NCBI GenBank assembly: GCA_023245195.1
Contig: JAHFKU010000003.1
Coordinates: 1-43,914, forward strand
DNA: 43,914 bases
Source of the DNA: Candidatus Staskawiczbacteria bacterium
GTDB lineage: Bacteria; Patescibacteriota; Minisyncoccia; Minisyncoccales; Staskawiczbacteraceae
Direction: 5' to 3'
Position 1 is the first letter of the stretch. Every line of letters starts with the position of its first letter. Positions 34,987 to 43,914 of the stretch are shown one piece after another. A model generated the notes under the pieces. It was given only the letters and a program-made list of their open reading frames with translations. It made no database searches and was not told where the DNA came from. A program made the position numbers and the translations under genes.

Positions 34987-36519
34987 TTATCTTGCATACT
35001 CCACCACCCTGTTTTCTCTGATAACCGTTACCTTAATTTCTCCTGGATATTTTAATTCTTCTTCAATGTTGGCGGCGATTTGGCGGGCCATTTTTGAAAC
35101 GCCCAAATCATCTACTTTGTCAGCTTTCACAAATACTCTAATTTCTCTACCAGCCTGAATAGCATAAGCTTTTTCTACCCCTTCAAATTTATTAGCAATG
35201 CTTTCCAACGCACTTAATCGTTGCAGATAGTTTTCCAAGGTGTCTTTACGGGCTCCCGGGCGCGAAGCCGAAATAGAATCAGCCACAATCACAATAGCGC
35301 CTTCCAGTGAATCCACCGGAAAATCTCCGTGGTGGCTTCTCATGGCATGGATAATTTCTTCTTTTTCACCGAATTTTTCCAAAATCTTAATACCAATATC
35401 AATGTGGCTTCCTTCCATTTGCTGGTCAAGCGCCTTTCCAATATCATGAAATAATCCTGCTCGCTTGGCGACTGGCGCATTAGCTCCTATTTCTTCAGCA
35501 ATCGTTTCGGCAATTAAGGCTACTTCCATGGAATGTTGAAGTACGTTTTGGCCGTAGCTGGTCCGATAGTATAATCTGCCCAAAATCTGCACTAGCTTTT
35601 CGTTAACTCCCAAGATATTCATGTCATACAGCGTTTTTTCTCCGGCGTCTTTGATGACTTTGGAAATTTCTTGCTTGGCTTCTTCTACTTTTTCTTCAAT
35701 TTTGGCAGGCTGGATTCGGCCATCCTGAATTAATTTATCCAAAGCCATTTTGGCAATCTGGCGCCGCACGGGATTAAAGCAGGAAATAACGACTGAATCG
35801 GGCGTATCATCAACAATCAATTCAACGCCCGTGATTTTTTCGAAAGCCTTAATATTACGTCCCTCTTTGCCGATGATTCGGCCCTTAATATCTTCACTGG
35901 CAAGGTGAAGAGTAGTCGTGGAAAGCTCTAGCGTATGATTTACCGCGCATTTTTGGATAGCGAGCGTGACAATTTCACGAGCTTTGGTGGCCAAAGCGTC
36001 CTGCCCGGCCTGTTCTACTTTTCTCATCCTTTCCAAAATGTCTTTTTCGGAGTCTTTTTCTACTAAACTCAATAATTCTTTTTTAGCGTCTTCCCGCGAA
36101 AGATTGGCGACTTTTTCGAGCTTGGTTTCAGCTTCAAGGCGCAATTTGTCTAGATCTTCTTTAACCGTTTTTAGTTTTTCTACGTTTTTGCCTAACTCAT
36201 CTTCTTTTTTCTCAAAAGCGCCGATTTTTTCTTCCAGTAATTTTTCTCGATCTAAAATAAGCTGCTGGGCTTTTAAAAATTCCCTTCTTCGTTCATCAAT
36301 TTCTTTTTGGGATTCGGCCAGAATTTTTGAAGACTGGGTTTTGGCATCTTTGACCAATTTTTCAGTTTCTTCTTTGGTTTCCTGAACCTTTTTTACCAGT
36401 TTTGCTTCCAGTGAGCCGGCCCGCTGCTTGGCCAGTGATTGGCGGGTGTAATAGCCGATAATGCACCCCAGCGCTAATGATATAAATCCAGCGATAGCGA
36501 TAATAATGATTTGATCCAT
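34987..36519 (-). CDS. rny: Ribonuclease Y
   Basis: TM, coiled coil, KH (KGRIIGKEGRNI), HD (RTSYGQNVLQH..HDIGK), AIQAGREIRV. Confidence 0.98.
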   Translation of the reverse strand: MDQIIIIAIAGFISLALGCIIGYYTRQSLAKQRAGSLEAKLVKKVQETKEETEKLVKDAKTQSSKILAESQKEIDERRREFLKAQQLILDREKLLEEKIGAFEKKEDELGKNVEKLKTVKEDLDKLRLEAETKLEKVANLSREDAKKELLSLVEKDSEKDILERMRKVEQAGQDALATKAREIVTLAIQKCAVNHTLELSTTTLHLASEDIKGRIIGKEGRNIKAFEKITGVELIVDDTPDSVVISCFNPVRRQIAKMALDKLIQDGRIQPAKIEEKVEEAKQEISKVIKDAGEKTLYDMNILGVNEKLVQILGRLYYRTSYGQNVLQHSMEVALIAETIAEEIGANAPVAKRAGLFHDIGKALDQQMEGSHIDIGIKILEKFGEKEEIIHAMRSHHGDFPVDSLEGAIVIVADSISASRPGARKDTLENYLQRLSALESIANKFEGVEKAYAIQAGREIRVFVKADKVDDLGVSKMARQIAANIEEELKYPGEIKVTVIRENRVVEYAR

Positions 36520-36525
36520 GTTCGT

Positions 36526-36657
36526 GAATTTCTAATTCTTAATTTCTAATTTCTATTAAATATCTAATCGCTTTAATTTCCAAACACCATGGTTTTAGAA
36601 ATTAGCAGGATTAAAAATTTAATGAAAATTGAAAATTAGAAATTGAAAATTTAATAA
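36526..36657 (-). repeat. Empty 7-nt-periodic fold-back element (four-helix-bundle subfamily) upstream of rny
   Basis: Reverse complement aligns closely with 15698..15822. Confidence 0.9.
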
Positions 36658-36770
36658 ATTTATTAAGACTTTTTGTTTGCGTACAAATTTCTTTATTCGC
36701 AAACAAAAAAACTCATCCAACATGGTGAGTTGCTCGCATAAAACATATTTTCTCGGATTTTAGAGAATGG

Positions 36771-37355
36771 TTACTTGGCTCCGGTTATGACTTCATCAAT
36801 TAAGCCGTATTTTTGGGCTTCCAAAGCGGTCATATAAAAATCCCGGTCGGTATCTTTTTCAACCATGCTCATTGACTGGCCGGTGTGGCTAGCCAAAATC
36901 TCGTTGATCTTACCTTTGATTTTTATAATCTGCTTGGCAGTAATTTCAATGTCTGCGGCTTGCCCTTGCATGCCGCCGGCAACTTGGTGGAGCATGATTT
37001 CGGCGTTGGGCAAAGCAAAACGCTTGCCTTTGGTGCCACAAGCCAAAATAACCGCTCCCATCGAAGCTGCCAGGCCGATGCAAATGGTAGAAACCGGGCA
37101 TTTAATAAACTGCATGGTGTCATAGATAGCCAGTCCCGCTGTAACCGAACCTCCAGGGCTGTTAATATAAAGCTTTATGTCTCTTTTTGGGTCTTTTGAG
37201 ACCAAGTACAGCATTTGGGCAATTACCACATTAGCATTCATATCGGTAACCGGCCCAGCCAAAAAGATAATACGCTCTTCTAAAAGCCTAGAAAATATGT
37301 CATATACGCGCTCACCGCGTTGTGATTTTTCGATAATCGTTGGTACGATAGGCAC
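36771..37355 (-). CDS. clpP: ATP-dependent Clp protease proteolytic subunit (start likely GTG 37355)
   Basis: [35 protein letters not shown]. Confidence 0.98.
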   Translation of the reverse strand: MPIVPTIIEKSQRGERVYDIFSRLLEERIIFLAGPVTDMNANVVIAQMLYLVSKDPKRDIKLYINSPGGSVTAGLAIYDTMQFIKCPVSTICIGLAASMGAVILACGTKGKRFALPNAEIMLHQVAGGMQGQAADIEITAKQIIKIKGKINEILASHTGQSMSMVEKDTDRDFYMTALEAQKYGLIDEVITGAK

Positions 37356-37360
37356 AATTG

Positions 37361-37465
37361 TTAATTCAAAATGCAAATATCAAACTGCAAAATAACAGTT
37401 TAAAATTTAAAATATCGCGAAGCGATAACAAAATTTTGAATTTTGATCTTTTAATTTTACATTTA
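37361..37465. repeat. 7-nt-periodic fold-back element between tig and clpP
   Basis: (tcaaaat/gcaaaat)n versus (attttga)n with a central tatcgcgaagcgata hairpin. Confidence 0.75.
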
Positions 37466-38731
37466 ACGAGATAAATTTTCTAGAAACTGGAAAATTTTCT
37501 CGTTAAATATCGCTCCTTTACTATACTCCGTTAATTGGTTGATGTCAATTTGTTTTAGTTGGTCCTGGGTGTAATTTTTCATCAATTTTTGTAGATCTTT
37601 TGCTATTTCTTCTGGAGTTACCTCAATGTGTTCTGCTTTCCCGATTTCGCGCAGCACCAAAAAGTTTTTGATCCTTTTTTCAGCCTCCAATTTATAGGTG
37701 TTTTTAATCTCTTCTTCGGTTTTATTGACCGAAGCCAGATATTTTTCAAACGACATGTTGAATTGATTGTTGACTTGCACTTTTAAATCTTCCAGTAATC
37801 GCTCTTTTTCAAATTCCACCATTTTTTCAGGAATATCAAAGGTAATTTGCATGGAAATTTTTTCTAACACCTCACCGCGTGTTCGTTGCTTTTCTGATTC
37901 TTGTTTTTCCAGGGTAATTCCCTCTTTTAAATTTTCTTTCAATGCCACCAAGCTATCAAAAGCACCTAGGCTCTTGGCAAATTCATCGTTAATTTCGGCC
38001 AGTTCCATTTTTTGAACCGAAAGCATTTTTACCTTAAATAAGGCTGGTTTTCCGGCCAAATCTTTGCGCGGCATATTCTCCGGGAACTTGGCCGTAAATT
38101 CTTTTTGGTCGCCGGCTTTCATGCCAATAACATTTTCTTCAAAGTCTTTTAAAAACCCGCCCTGGCCTAAAATAAACCGGTCTTTTACGGTTTTGTTATC
38201 ATTGATTGCTTCGTTGGAATATTCAATTTCTACAAAATCCTTATCTTGCGCTGGCCGATTTTCAGTCGTAAATTTAGCCCGAGATTTTTGCAGATAATCT
38301 ATCGTGTCTTGAATTTCTTTTTCATCCACCGAAATTTCTTTGCCTTTTATATGGCTGGCGATTTCTTTATAATTAGGCAGTTTTATTTCCGGTAACACGG
38401 AAACTGTTACGGTAAATAAAAATTCGTTTCCTTTAGCAATTTTTTTAATTTGGACTTCGGGGTCGCCAATCGGTTCTAATTTTTGTTCTTCCACAAACTT
38501 TGGATAGGTTGCCTTAACTGCCAAGTCACCCGCTTCCATAAGCAATTCTTCAGGTTTTATCTTTTCTTCCACCATTTTTAACGGCACTTGGCCCTTGCGA
38601 AATCCATCTATTTTGACATGTTCCTTCAATGCCAAAAGCGCCTTGTCAAAATATTTGCCAAATTCTTCAGCCGTCAACTCGAATTCTATTTCTATTTGTG
38701 ATTGGGGTAATTTTTTAATTTCGGTTTTCAT
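37463..38731 (-). CDS. tig: Trigger factor
   Basis: IDGFRKGQVP signature, FKBP-like core; upstream of clpP. Confidence 0.96.
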   Translation of the reverse strand: MKTEIKKLPQSQIEIEFELTAEEFGKYFDKALLALKEHVKIDGFRKGQVPLKMVEEKIKPEELLMEAGDLAVKATYPKFVEEQKLEPIGDPEVQIKKIAKGNEFLFTVTVSVLPEIKLPNYKEIASHIKGKEISVDEKEIQDTIDYLQKSRAKFTTENRPAQDKDFVEIEYSNEAINDNKTVKDRFILGQGGFLKDFEENVIGMKAGDQKEFTAKFPENMPRKDLAGKPALFKVKMLSVQKMELAEINDEFAKSLGAFDSLVALKENLKEGITLEKQESEKQRTRGEVLEKISMQITFDIPEKMVEFEKERLLEDLKVQVNNQFNMSFEKYLASVNKTEEEIKNTYKLEAEKRIKNFLVLREIGKAEHIEVTPEEIAKDLQKLMKNYTQDQLKQIDINQLTEYSKGAIFNEKIFQFLENLSR

Positions 38732-39150
38732 TTACCTGAAAAATATTTTTGTAGAGCGATAAAACCGTCATTTCCTTTATCAAATTTTTGGAAATTATTT
38801 TGATCTGCCCACTCAAATTTATTATGTTCTTCGCTTAGTTTTAAATCTCCTGAAATATATTTAGTACGAAAAAGTATAATATACACTTTCTTTCCGTACA
38901 AGGGGTGAGTTTTTTTAGAAATTTCAAAAAACCAAACAGCAAAAGGATTTTTAACTTCAATCTCAAAGCCTGTTTCTTCTCTAACCTCCCGTTTTAAAGA
39001 AAGTTCTAGGTCACCAGGTTTTTGAATTTCATCTTCTTGAATTTTTCCACCAGGAAAATCCAATCCAAATATTGGATCAAAAACTATAAGTACCTTTCCG
39101 TCCTTTTCAATTAGTGCTTTTTGTCCGACGTAAAATAGTGCTTCCTCCAT
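38728..39150 (-). CDS. NUDIX hydrolase
   Basis: PGGK..LKREVREETG, LSEEH..W. Confidence 0.9.
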   Translation of the reverse strand: MEEALFYVGQKALIEKDGKVLIVFDPIFGLDFPGGKIQEDEIQKPGDLELSLKREVREETGFEIEVKNPFAVWFFEISKKTHPLYGKKVYIILFRTKYISGDLKLSEEHNKFEWADQNNFQKFDKGNDGFIALQKYFSGK

Positions 39151-39153
39151 AAA

Positions 39154-41139
39154 TTACACTAAGAAAGCAACGATCAAGAGAGCCACGATGTTGAGTACCT
39201 TAATCATTGGGTTAATTGCTGGGCCGGCGGTGTCTTTGTATGGGTCTCCAACGGTGTCGCCAGTTACAGCGGCTTGGTGGGCAAATGATCCTTTTCCGCC
39301 GAATGCGCCTCCTTCAATATATTTTTTAGCATTGTCCCAAGCGGCGCCTCCGGTGGTCATGGAAATTCCTACAAAGAGTCCCGTAACCGTGGCTCCAATT
39401 AACAATCCCCCCAGTGCCTCTACTCCCAAAAATACGCCTACCAAAATCGGTGCAGCCACCGGAATTAAGGCCGGGATCATCATTTCTTTAATGGCGGCTT
39501 TGGTTACAATGTCCACGCATTTTCCGTATTCTGGTTTGGCCGTGCCTTCCATTAAACCTTTAATTTCTTTAAATTGTCTTCGAACTTCTTCAACCACTTT
39601 GCCGGCGGTTTTTCCAACCGCGCCCATTAAAAAGCTGGCAAATAAATATGGTAATAGGCCTCCAATCAAAAGACCGGCAATCACTCTTGGATTTGATAAA
39701 TCAAAAATGGCATGAGAGCCTAATCGATTAGTAATTTCTTGGGTGTAGGCAGAAAATAATACTAGGGCCGCCAATCCCGCTGAAGCAATAGCATAACCTT
39801 TGGTAACGGCTTTGGTGGTATTTCCCACGGCGTCTAATTCATCGGTAATTTTTCTAACTTCCGGAGCCATGCCCGACATTTCGGCAATTCCGCCGGCGTT
39901 ATCGGTAATCGGGCCATAGGCATCAACTCCAACCACAATGCCTCCAATAGAAAGCATAGAAACCACCGCTAGCGCTACTCCATAAATTCCGGCCAGCCAA
40001 AAGCTTGCAATAGTACCGGCAGCGATTAACAGTACCGGAAGGGCGGTTGATTGCATGCCAATTCCCAAACCGCGGATAATATTGGTTCCATGACCCGTTT
40101 CAGAAGCCTTAGCAATGGATTTTACGGGGCTCCATTTTTTGTCGGTGTAGTATTCGGTAATAACAAACATTAAAGCGGCAACTGCTAAGCCGATTAGGCA
40201 TGACAAAAAGAGATTATCGGTTGGCACGATTTGCCCAGCCATCATTTTTGAAATGACAAAATAAAAGACAACGGCTGATAAAATAATGGAAGCCGCCACG
40301 CCTTTATACATGGCTCCCATGATTGATTTGTTGGCGCCCAATTTTACAAAAAAGCTCCCAATAATAGAAGTTAGCATAGAAACGCTTCCCAGCATCAGCG
40401 GAAGTAAAACAAACTTGTCTGAATTTGGGTACAAAAGGGCCCCGAGGATCATGGTGGCAACCATGGTGACTGAATAGGTTTCAAAAATATCGGCGGCCAT
40501 GCCAGCGCAGTCTCCCACGTTGTCGCCCACTTGGTCGGCAATCACTCCTGGGTTTCGAGGATCATCTTCAGGAATATTCTTTTCAATTTTTCCGACCATG
40601 TCGGTTCCCACATCAGCAGCTTTGGTGTAAATTCCGCCGCCAACCCTGGCAAAAACCGAAATTAAGCTGGCGCCAAAGCCCAAGCCAATAAGTCCTTCAA
40701 TTCCGGTGGTATAATAATATCCCGATACGGCCAAAAGCCCGAGCGACACCACTAAGAGTCCAGTAACTAATCCGCCTTTAAATGATAAATCTAGGCCTTG
40801 TGCCAAGCCTCGTTTTGAGGCTTCGGCAACTCGGGTATTGGTTTGAGTGGAAACTAACATGCCGATAAATCCTGAAACTCCCGATAATACTGCTCCGATT
40901 AAAAACCCAATCGCAATTTTCCAGCCCAAAAACAGTAGCCCGACAAAGATAATAATTGCAACGATGCTGACAGTTTTATACTGTCTTTTTAAAAAAGACA
41001 TGGCGCCTTCTTTTATGGCTTCAGTGATAGCAATGGCTTTGTCTTTTGCCGCCGGAGCTTTGTTAATTTTTGAAATTAAAAAAAACACAAACGCAACGGT
41101 AAAGAGCGAAACGATGATGGGATAAAAGATGATAGACAT
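39154..41139 (-). CDS. hppA: Membrane-bound pyrophosphatase (likely K+-independent H+-PPase)
   Basis: [40 protein letters not shown]. Confidence 0.96.
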   Translation of the reverse strand: MSIIFYPIIVSLFTVAFVFFLISKINKAPAAKDKAIAITEAIKEGAMSFLKRQYKTVSIVAIIIFVGLLFLGWKIAIGFLIGAVLSGVSGFIGMLVSTQTNTRVAEASKRGLAQGLDLSFKGGLVTGLLVVSLGLLAVSGYYYTTGIEGLIGLGFGASLISVFARVGGGIYTKAADVGTDMVGKIEKNIPEDDPRNPGVIADQVGDNVGDCAGMAADIFETYSVTMVATMILGALLYPNSDKFVLLPLMLGSVSMLTSIIGSFFVKLGANKSIMGAMYKGVAASIILSAVVFYFVISKMMAGQIVPTDNLFLSCLIGLAVAALMFVITEYYTDKKWSPVKSIAKASETGHGTNIIRGLGIGMQSTALPVLLIAAGTIASFWLAGIYGVALAVVSMLSIGGIVVGVDAYGPITDNAGGIAEMSGMAPEVRKITDELDAVGNTTKAVTKGYAIASAGLAALVLFSAYTQEITNRLGSHAIFDLSNPRVIAGLLIGGLLPYLFASFLMGAVGKTAGKVVEEVRRQFKEIKGLMEGTAKPEYGKCVDIVTKAAIKEMMIPALIPVAAPILVGVFLGVEALGGLLIGATVTGLFVGISMTTGGAAWDNAKKYIEGGAFGGKGSFAHQAAVTGDTVGDPYKDTAGPAINPMIKVLNIVALLIVAFLV

Positions 41140-41143
41140 GACT

Positions 41144-41285
41144 AATTTGAAATTTGAAATTTAAAATTTAAAATCAATCCGCGGCACCCGCGGGTGCCGC
41201 GGATGAATAATTCGAAATGATTAAAAATCTGAAATTGCAAACTCGGCTTTTATTTTATAAATTTAAAACTAAATATCTAATTTTG
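41144..41285. repeat. 7-nt-periodic element with nested 28-bp CCCG|CGGG palindrome upstream of hppA
   Basis: aatttgaaatttgaaatttaaaatttaaaatca-atccgcggcacccg|cgggtgccgcggat(41177-41204)-gaataattcgaaatgattaaaa. Confidence 0.85.
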
Positions 41286-42797
41286 AATATATCTAATGCT
41301 AGGATAATGATCGGAAAAAAGTGTCTGGTTTTTAATTATTTGACCATTATTTACAATAATTTCATTAATTCTGTTGAGTTGACCTTTAAGACTATTTTCT
41401 ACTATTTTTATTTTTTGATCTTCTGTGGGATTTGAGGATCCATCCATACTGTAATTTGCTGTGGCCACTAAGTTAACTTCATTGGTATTAAAATCATATT
41501 CTGTAATTGATTGTGAGGCAAAGCCCGCATCTCCAAAGGCCCATCTCATATACAATTTATTTAAAACAGGATCATAGCCTACAATAGACGGAGAATCAAT
41601 ATTTTTTGCTAGCATTTTACTTTGTTCGGAGGCCAAGTCGTATTGTTGAAGAGTTAAGTTGCATTTTGCCATATAGTAATTACAATTTTCTCCAAAAAGG
41701 TAGTACAGATTATTTTTGTAAATGAAAAAGTCATTTACTACATTATTTGGTAAGGGGGCTTTTTGGGCAAGTCCAACTTCTGGCAAATTAATGTCCTCAA
41801 TTTGTTTTGACAAAAGATCAATAGAAGAAAGTTGCCCTCTCAAACCCACGAAGTAAATCTTATTTCCCGCAAGCTGCATTTGGGGGGCGGAATTACTGTA
41901 CAAGTCGAGGTAAGCCAAAACTTGTTCATTTCCGTTCCGATCCCTAAAAACTAACACTGTTTTTGTGTTTTCCCACTGAGGATCCATGCCTACGGAATTA
42001 AAACTTACATTTCTTTCAATCGTACCATTTGAACTGGGGCTAATAATATATAAAGAGTCACGCAAACTAATTCCACTAGTTAATAATGTAAGAAAATCGT
42101 TTACGCAATCATTATCAATAGTTGATCCATTTGAATATAGTACTAAACTATTCTGGCTATCTGTTTGAGGGAAATGATTTACATATACGCCGATATATTT
42201 AGTTCCTCCACCATTTTGATTTCTTTGCCAGAAAGAGATTATTTTAAAATGACTGCTCTGTAAATAGATGTCTTTTGTTTCTTTTTCCCAAAAATCTCGA
42301 GTAATTTCATTGAATTGGTAACTATTATATTTACTACTTAATGCTTCAGTGTCTATTTTTCCATAAGAAAGAATACAACCAGAAGAGTGCTTTAACTGCA
42401 AATTTATATTTTTGTCAGTCGTGGCTATAGCAGACCACTTTCCATTATAATTTATTTTAAATCCATACTCGCTATCTGTATAAGTTTCCCGATGAGAAAC
42501 GATTTTGCTAGTCCTATAGTCTTGGTATATAAAAACTCCAACCACTAAAACAGGCAATAAGATGATGGCGAGCGCCAAAATAGGAAAAATTCTTCTTTCA
42601 CTCTCCCGTCGTAATGCGAAAATTGAGAGGACGAAAACACTGACTAGAAGAAGAATAAAAAAAGCAATAAATACCAAGTAAGTAGAACTTTTTACAGGAA
42701 CAGTGGGACTTAGCGGGAAAACAAAAGGGAGAATAAAAAACAAAACGATAGGTAAAAGAGCAATAACCAGTGCTATGATTCCTAATTTATTTTTCAT
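41277..42797 (-). CDS. Hypothetical membrane-anchored extracellular protein
   Basis: Three N-terminal TMs, YTDSEYGFKINY motif, beta-rich C-terminus with paired Cys. Confidence 0.7.
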   Translation of the reverse strand: MKNKLGIIALVIALLPIVLFFILPFVFPLSPTVPVKSSTYLVFIAFFILLLVSVFVLSIFALRRESERRIFPILALAIILLPVLVVGVFIYQDYRTSKIVSHRETYTDSEYGFKINYNGKWSAIATTDKNINLQLKHSSGCILSYGKIDTEALSSKYNSYQFNEITRDFWEKETKDIYLQSSHFKIISFWQRNQNGGGTKYIGVYVNHFPQTDSQNSLVLYSNGSTIDNDCVNDFLTLLTSGISLRDSLYIISPSSNGTIERNVSFNSVGMDPQWENTKTVLVFRDRNGNEQVLAYLDLYSNSAPQMQLAGNKIYFVGLRGQLSSIDLLSKQIEDINLPEVGLAQKAPLPNNVVNDFFIYKNNLYYLFGENCNYYMAKCNLTLQQYDLASEQSKMLAKNIDSPSIVGYDPVLNKLYMRWAFGDAGFASQSITEYDFNTNEVNLVATANYSMDGSSNPTEDQKIKIVENSLKGQLNRINEIIVNNGQIIKNQTLFSDHYPSIRYIQN

Positions 42798-42814
42798 AAA
42801 TTATAATTTATTCT

Positions 42815-43914
42815 TTATTCTGCCGAATCTTCTTTTTTAACTTTTTTAGTTTTTTTCTTGGGTTTTTCTTCCTTTGCCTCGCCGGAGCTTTCAGCGGCGG
42901 TGGGTTCTGTTTCTTTTATGGCTTCTGCGGGTTTTTTCTCATCTGGCTTGATATCTATTTTCCAGCCCGTTAGTTGAGCTGCCAGTCTTACGTTTCGGCC
43001 GTCTTTGCCAATAGCCAAAGAAAGTTGGTCGGCGCCCACAAAAACTGTAGCCGTATTATTGCCCTCAATTTTTACGCCAGAAATTTTGGCTGGCGACAAG
43101 GCGTTGGGAATATACTTAGCTGGATCTTCATTCCATTCAATCACATCAATTTTTTCTCCGCCTAATTCGTTGATGACTGCCATAATGCGGGTTCCGCGCT
43201 GGCCAACGCAACTGCCAATTGGGTCAATACCCTGTTCGGTTGAAGTTACCGCAATTTTTGTCCGGTAGCCGGGCTCACGGGCGATGGATTTTATTACCAC
43301 CGTGCCCGAAGAAATTTCTGGAACTTCTAGTTCAAAAAGCCGGGATACCAATTTTGGATATGCCCGTGAAAGCAAAACCACCGAGCCCTTCGGCCCGTCT
43401 TCCACCTTTAAAATATACAGTTTTAATCGTTGGGCTTGGCGGTAAAATTCACCGGGAATTTGTTCTTCCCTGTTTAAAATACCCAGAGTCTTTCCAATGT
43501 CAATTAAAATGGTACTGCCTTCTATTCGCTGAACAACTCCAGAAATAATTTCACCTTCTTTGCTTCGGTATTCAGAGGCAATGACATCTTTTTCGGCTTC
43601 CCGTATTTTTTGCAAAATAACTTGTTTGGCGGTTTGGGCGGCAATTCGGCCGTAATCTTGTTTTGAGGTTAAGGGAATTTCTAGTTCTTCGCCCAGCTGG
43701 ATTTTTGGGTTTTTTTGGCGGGCCTCATCAAGCATGACGTGTTTTTCAGGATTGAAAACCACTTTTTTGGGTGCTTCTTCACCCTCTGCGACTCTATCAA
43801 AATCTTCGGCTGGCATGATTTTTTGCTCTTTTAGTGCATCAATTTCTTCTTGGGTGTAGAGCATGGAATCGTCTACCACCAATTTTAATTGCCAAAACTT
43901 AACATCGCCCGAAA
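42815..43914 (-). CDS. nusA: Transcription termination/antitermination factor NusA (5' end outside window)
   Basis: YGRIAAQTAKQVI, S1 domain, AREPGYRTKIAV, GSCVGQRG, SLAIGKDGRNVRLA. The frame stays open to the window edge. Confidence 0.97.
   Translation of the reverse strand, partial: SGDVKFWQLKLVVDDSMLYTQEEIDALKEQKIMPAEDFDRVAEGEEAPKKVVFNPEKHVMLDEARQKNPKIQLGEELEIPLTSKQDYGRIAAQTAKQVILQKIREAEKDVIASEYRSKEGEIISGVVQRIEGSTILIDIGKTLGILNREEQIPGEFYRQAQRLKLYILKVEDGPKGSVVLLSRAYPKLVSRLFELEVPEISSGTVVIKSIAREPGYRTKIAVTSTEQGIDPIGSCVGQRGTRIMAVINELGGEKIDVIEWNEDPAKYIPNALSPAKISGVKIEGNNTATVFVGADQLSLAIGKDGRNVRLAAQLTGWKIDIKPDEKKPAEAIKETEPTAAESSGEAKEEKPKKKTKKVKKEDSAE

Noticed and set aside
1-43914. tRNA, rRNA, tmRNA or RNase P RNA genes
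   Set aside because: No cloverleaf with T-loop GTTC and acceptor stem, and no conserved rRNA or rnpB motifs, were recognised by eye. tRNAscan and cmscan would be decisive.

Overview
AT-rich bacterial chromosomal window spanning the replication-origin region (dnaN-dnaA<>rpmH-rnpA-yidC-jag). Gene content and style suggest Patescibacteria/CPR, probably Parcubacteria (inference). It carries housekeeping genes (holA, mutM, stand-alone 5'-3' exonuclease, tsaE, ruvB-yebC-ruvC, class A PBP, rsmA, rny, clpP, tig, hppA, nusA) and a PilB-like ATPase. It also has a CPR-type T4SS-like cluster (PrgI, VirB4, VirB6-like, a 1405-aa Cys-rich pilin fusion) and two toxin-antitoxin pairs. The most striking unexplained structure is a dense set of palindromic and periodic elements. 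(1) About 10 fold-back elements made of 7-nt (some 8-9-nt) periodic repeats fill intergenic spaces almost exactly from stop codon to start codon. One encloses a four-helix-bundle (23S-IVP/Avd-like) gene and one a truncated GxxExxY gene. Two empty copies 21 kb apart are near-identical and match the four-helix-bundle flanks. (2) A PaaX/Cas2-like gene is bracketed by identical 36-bp perfect palindromes. (3) GTCATTGCG..GCAATCT, CCCG|CGGG and other palindromes are nested in these elements and inserted in-frame in tsaE, rsmA and mutM. Two real genes missed by the ORF track are rpmH and a 54-aa, 63% acidic protein with its own consensus promoter and terminator. No rRNA, tRNA, CRISPR array or transposase was seen.
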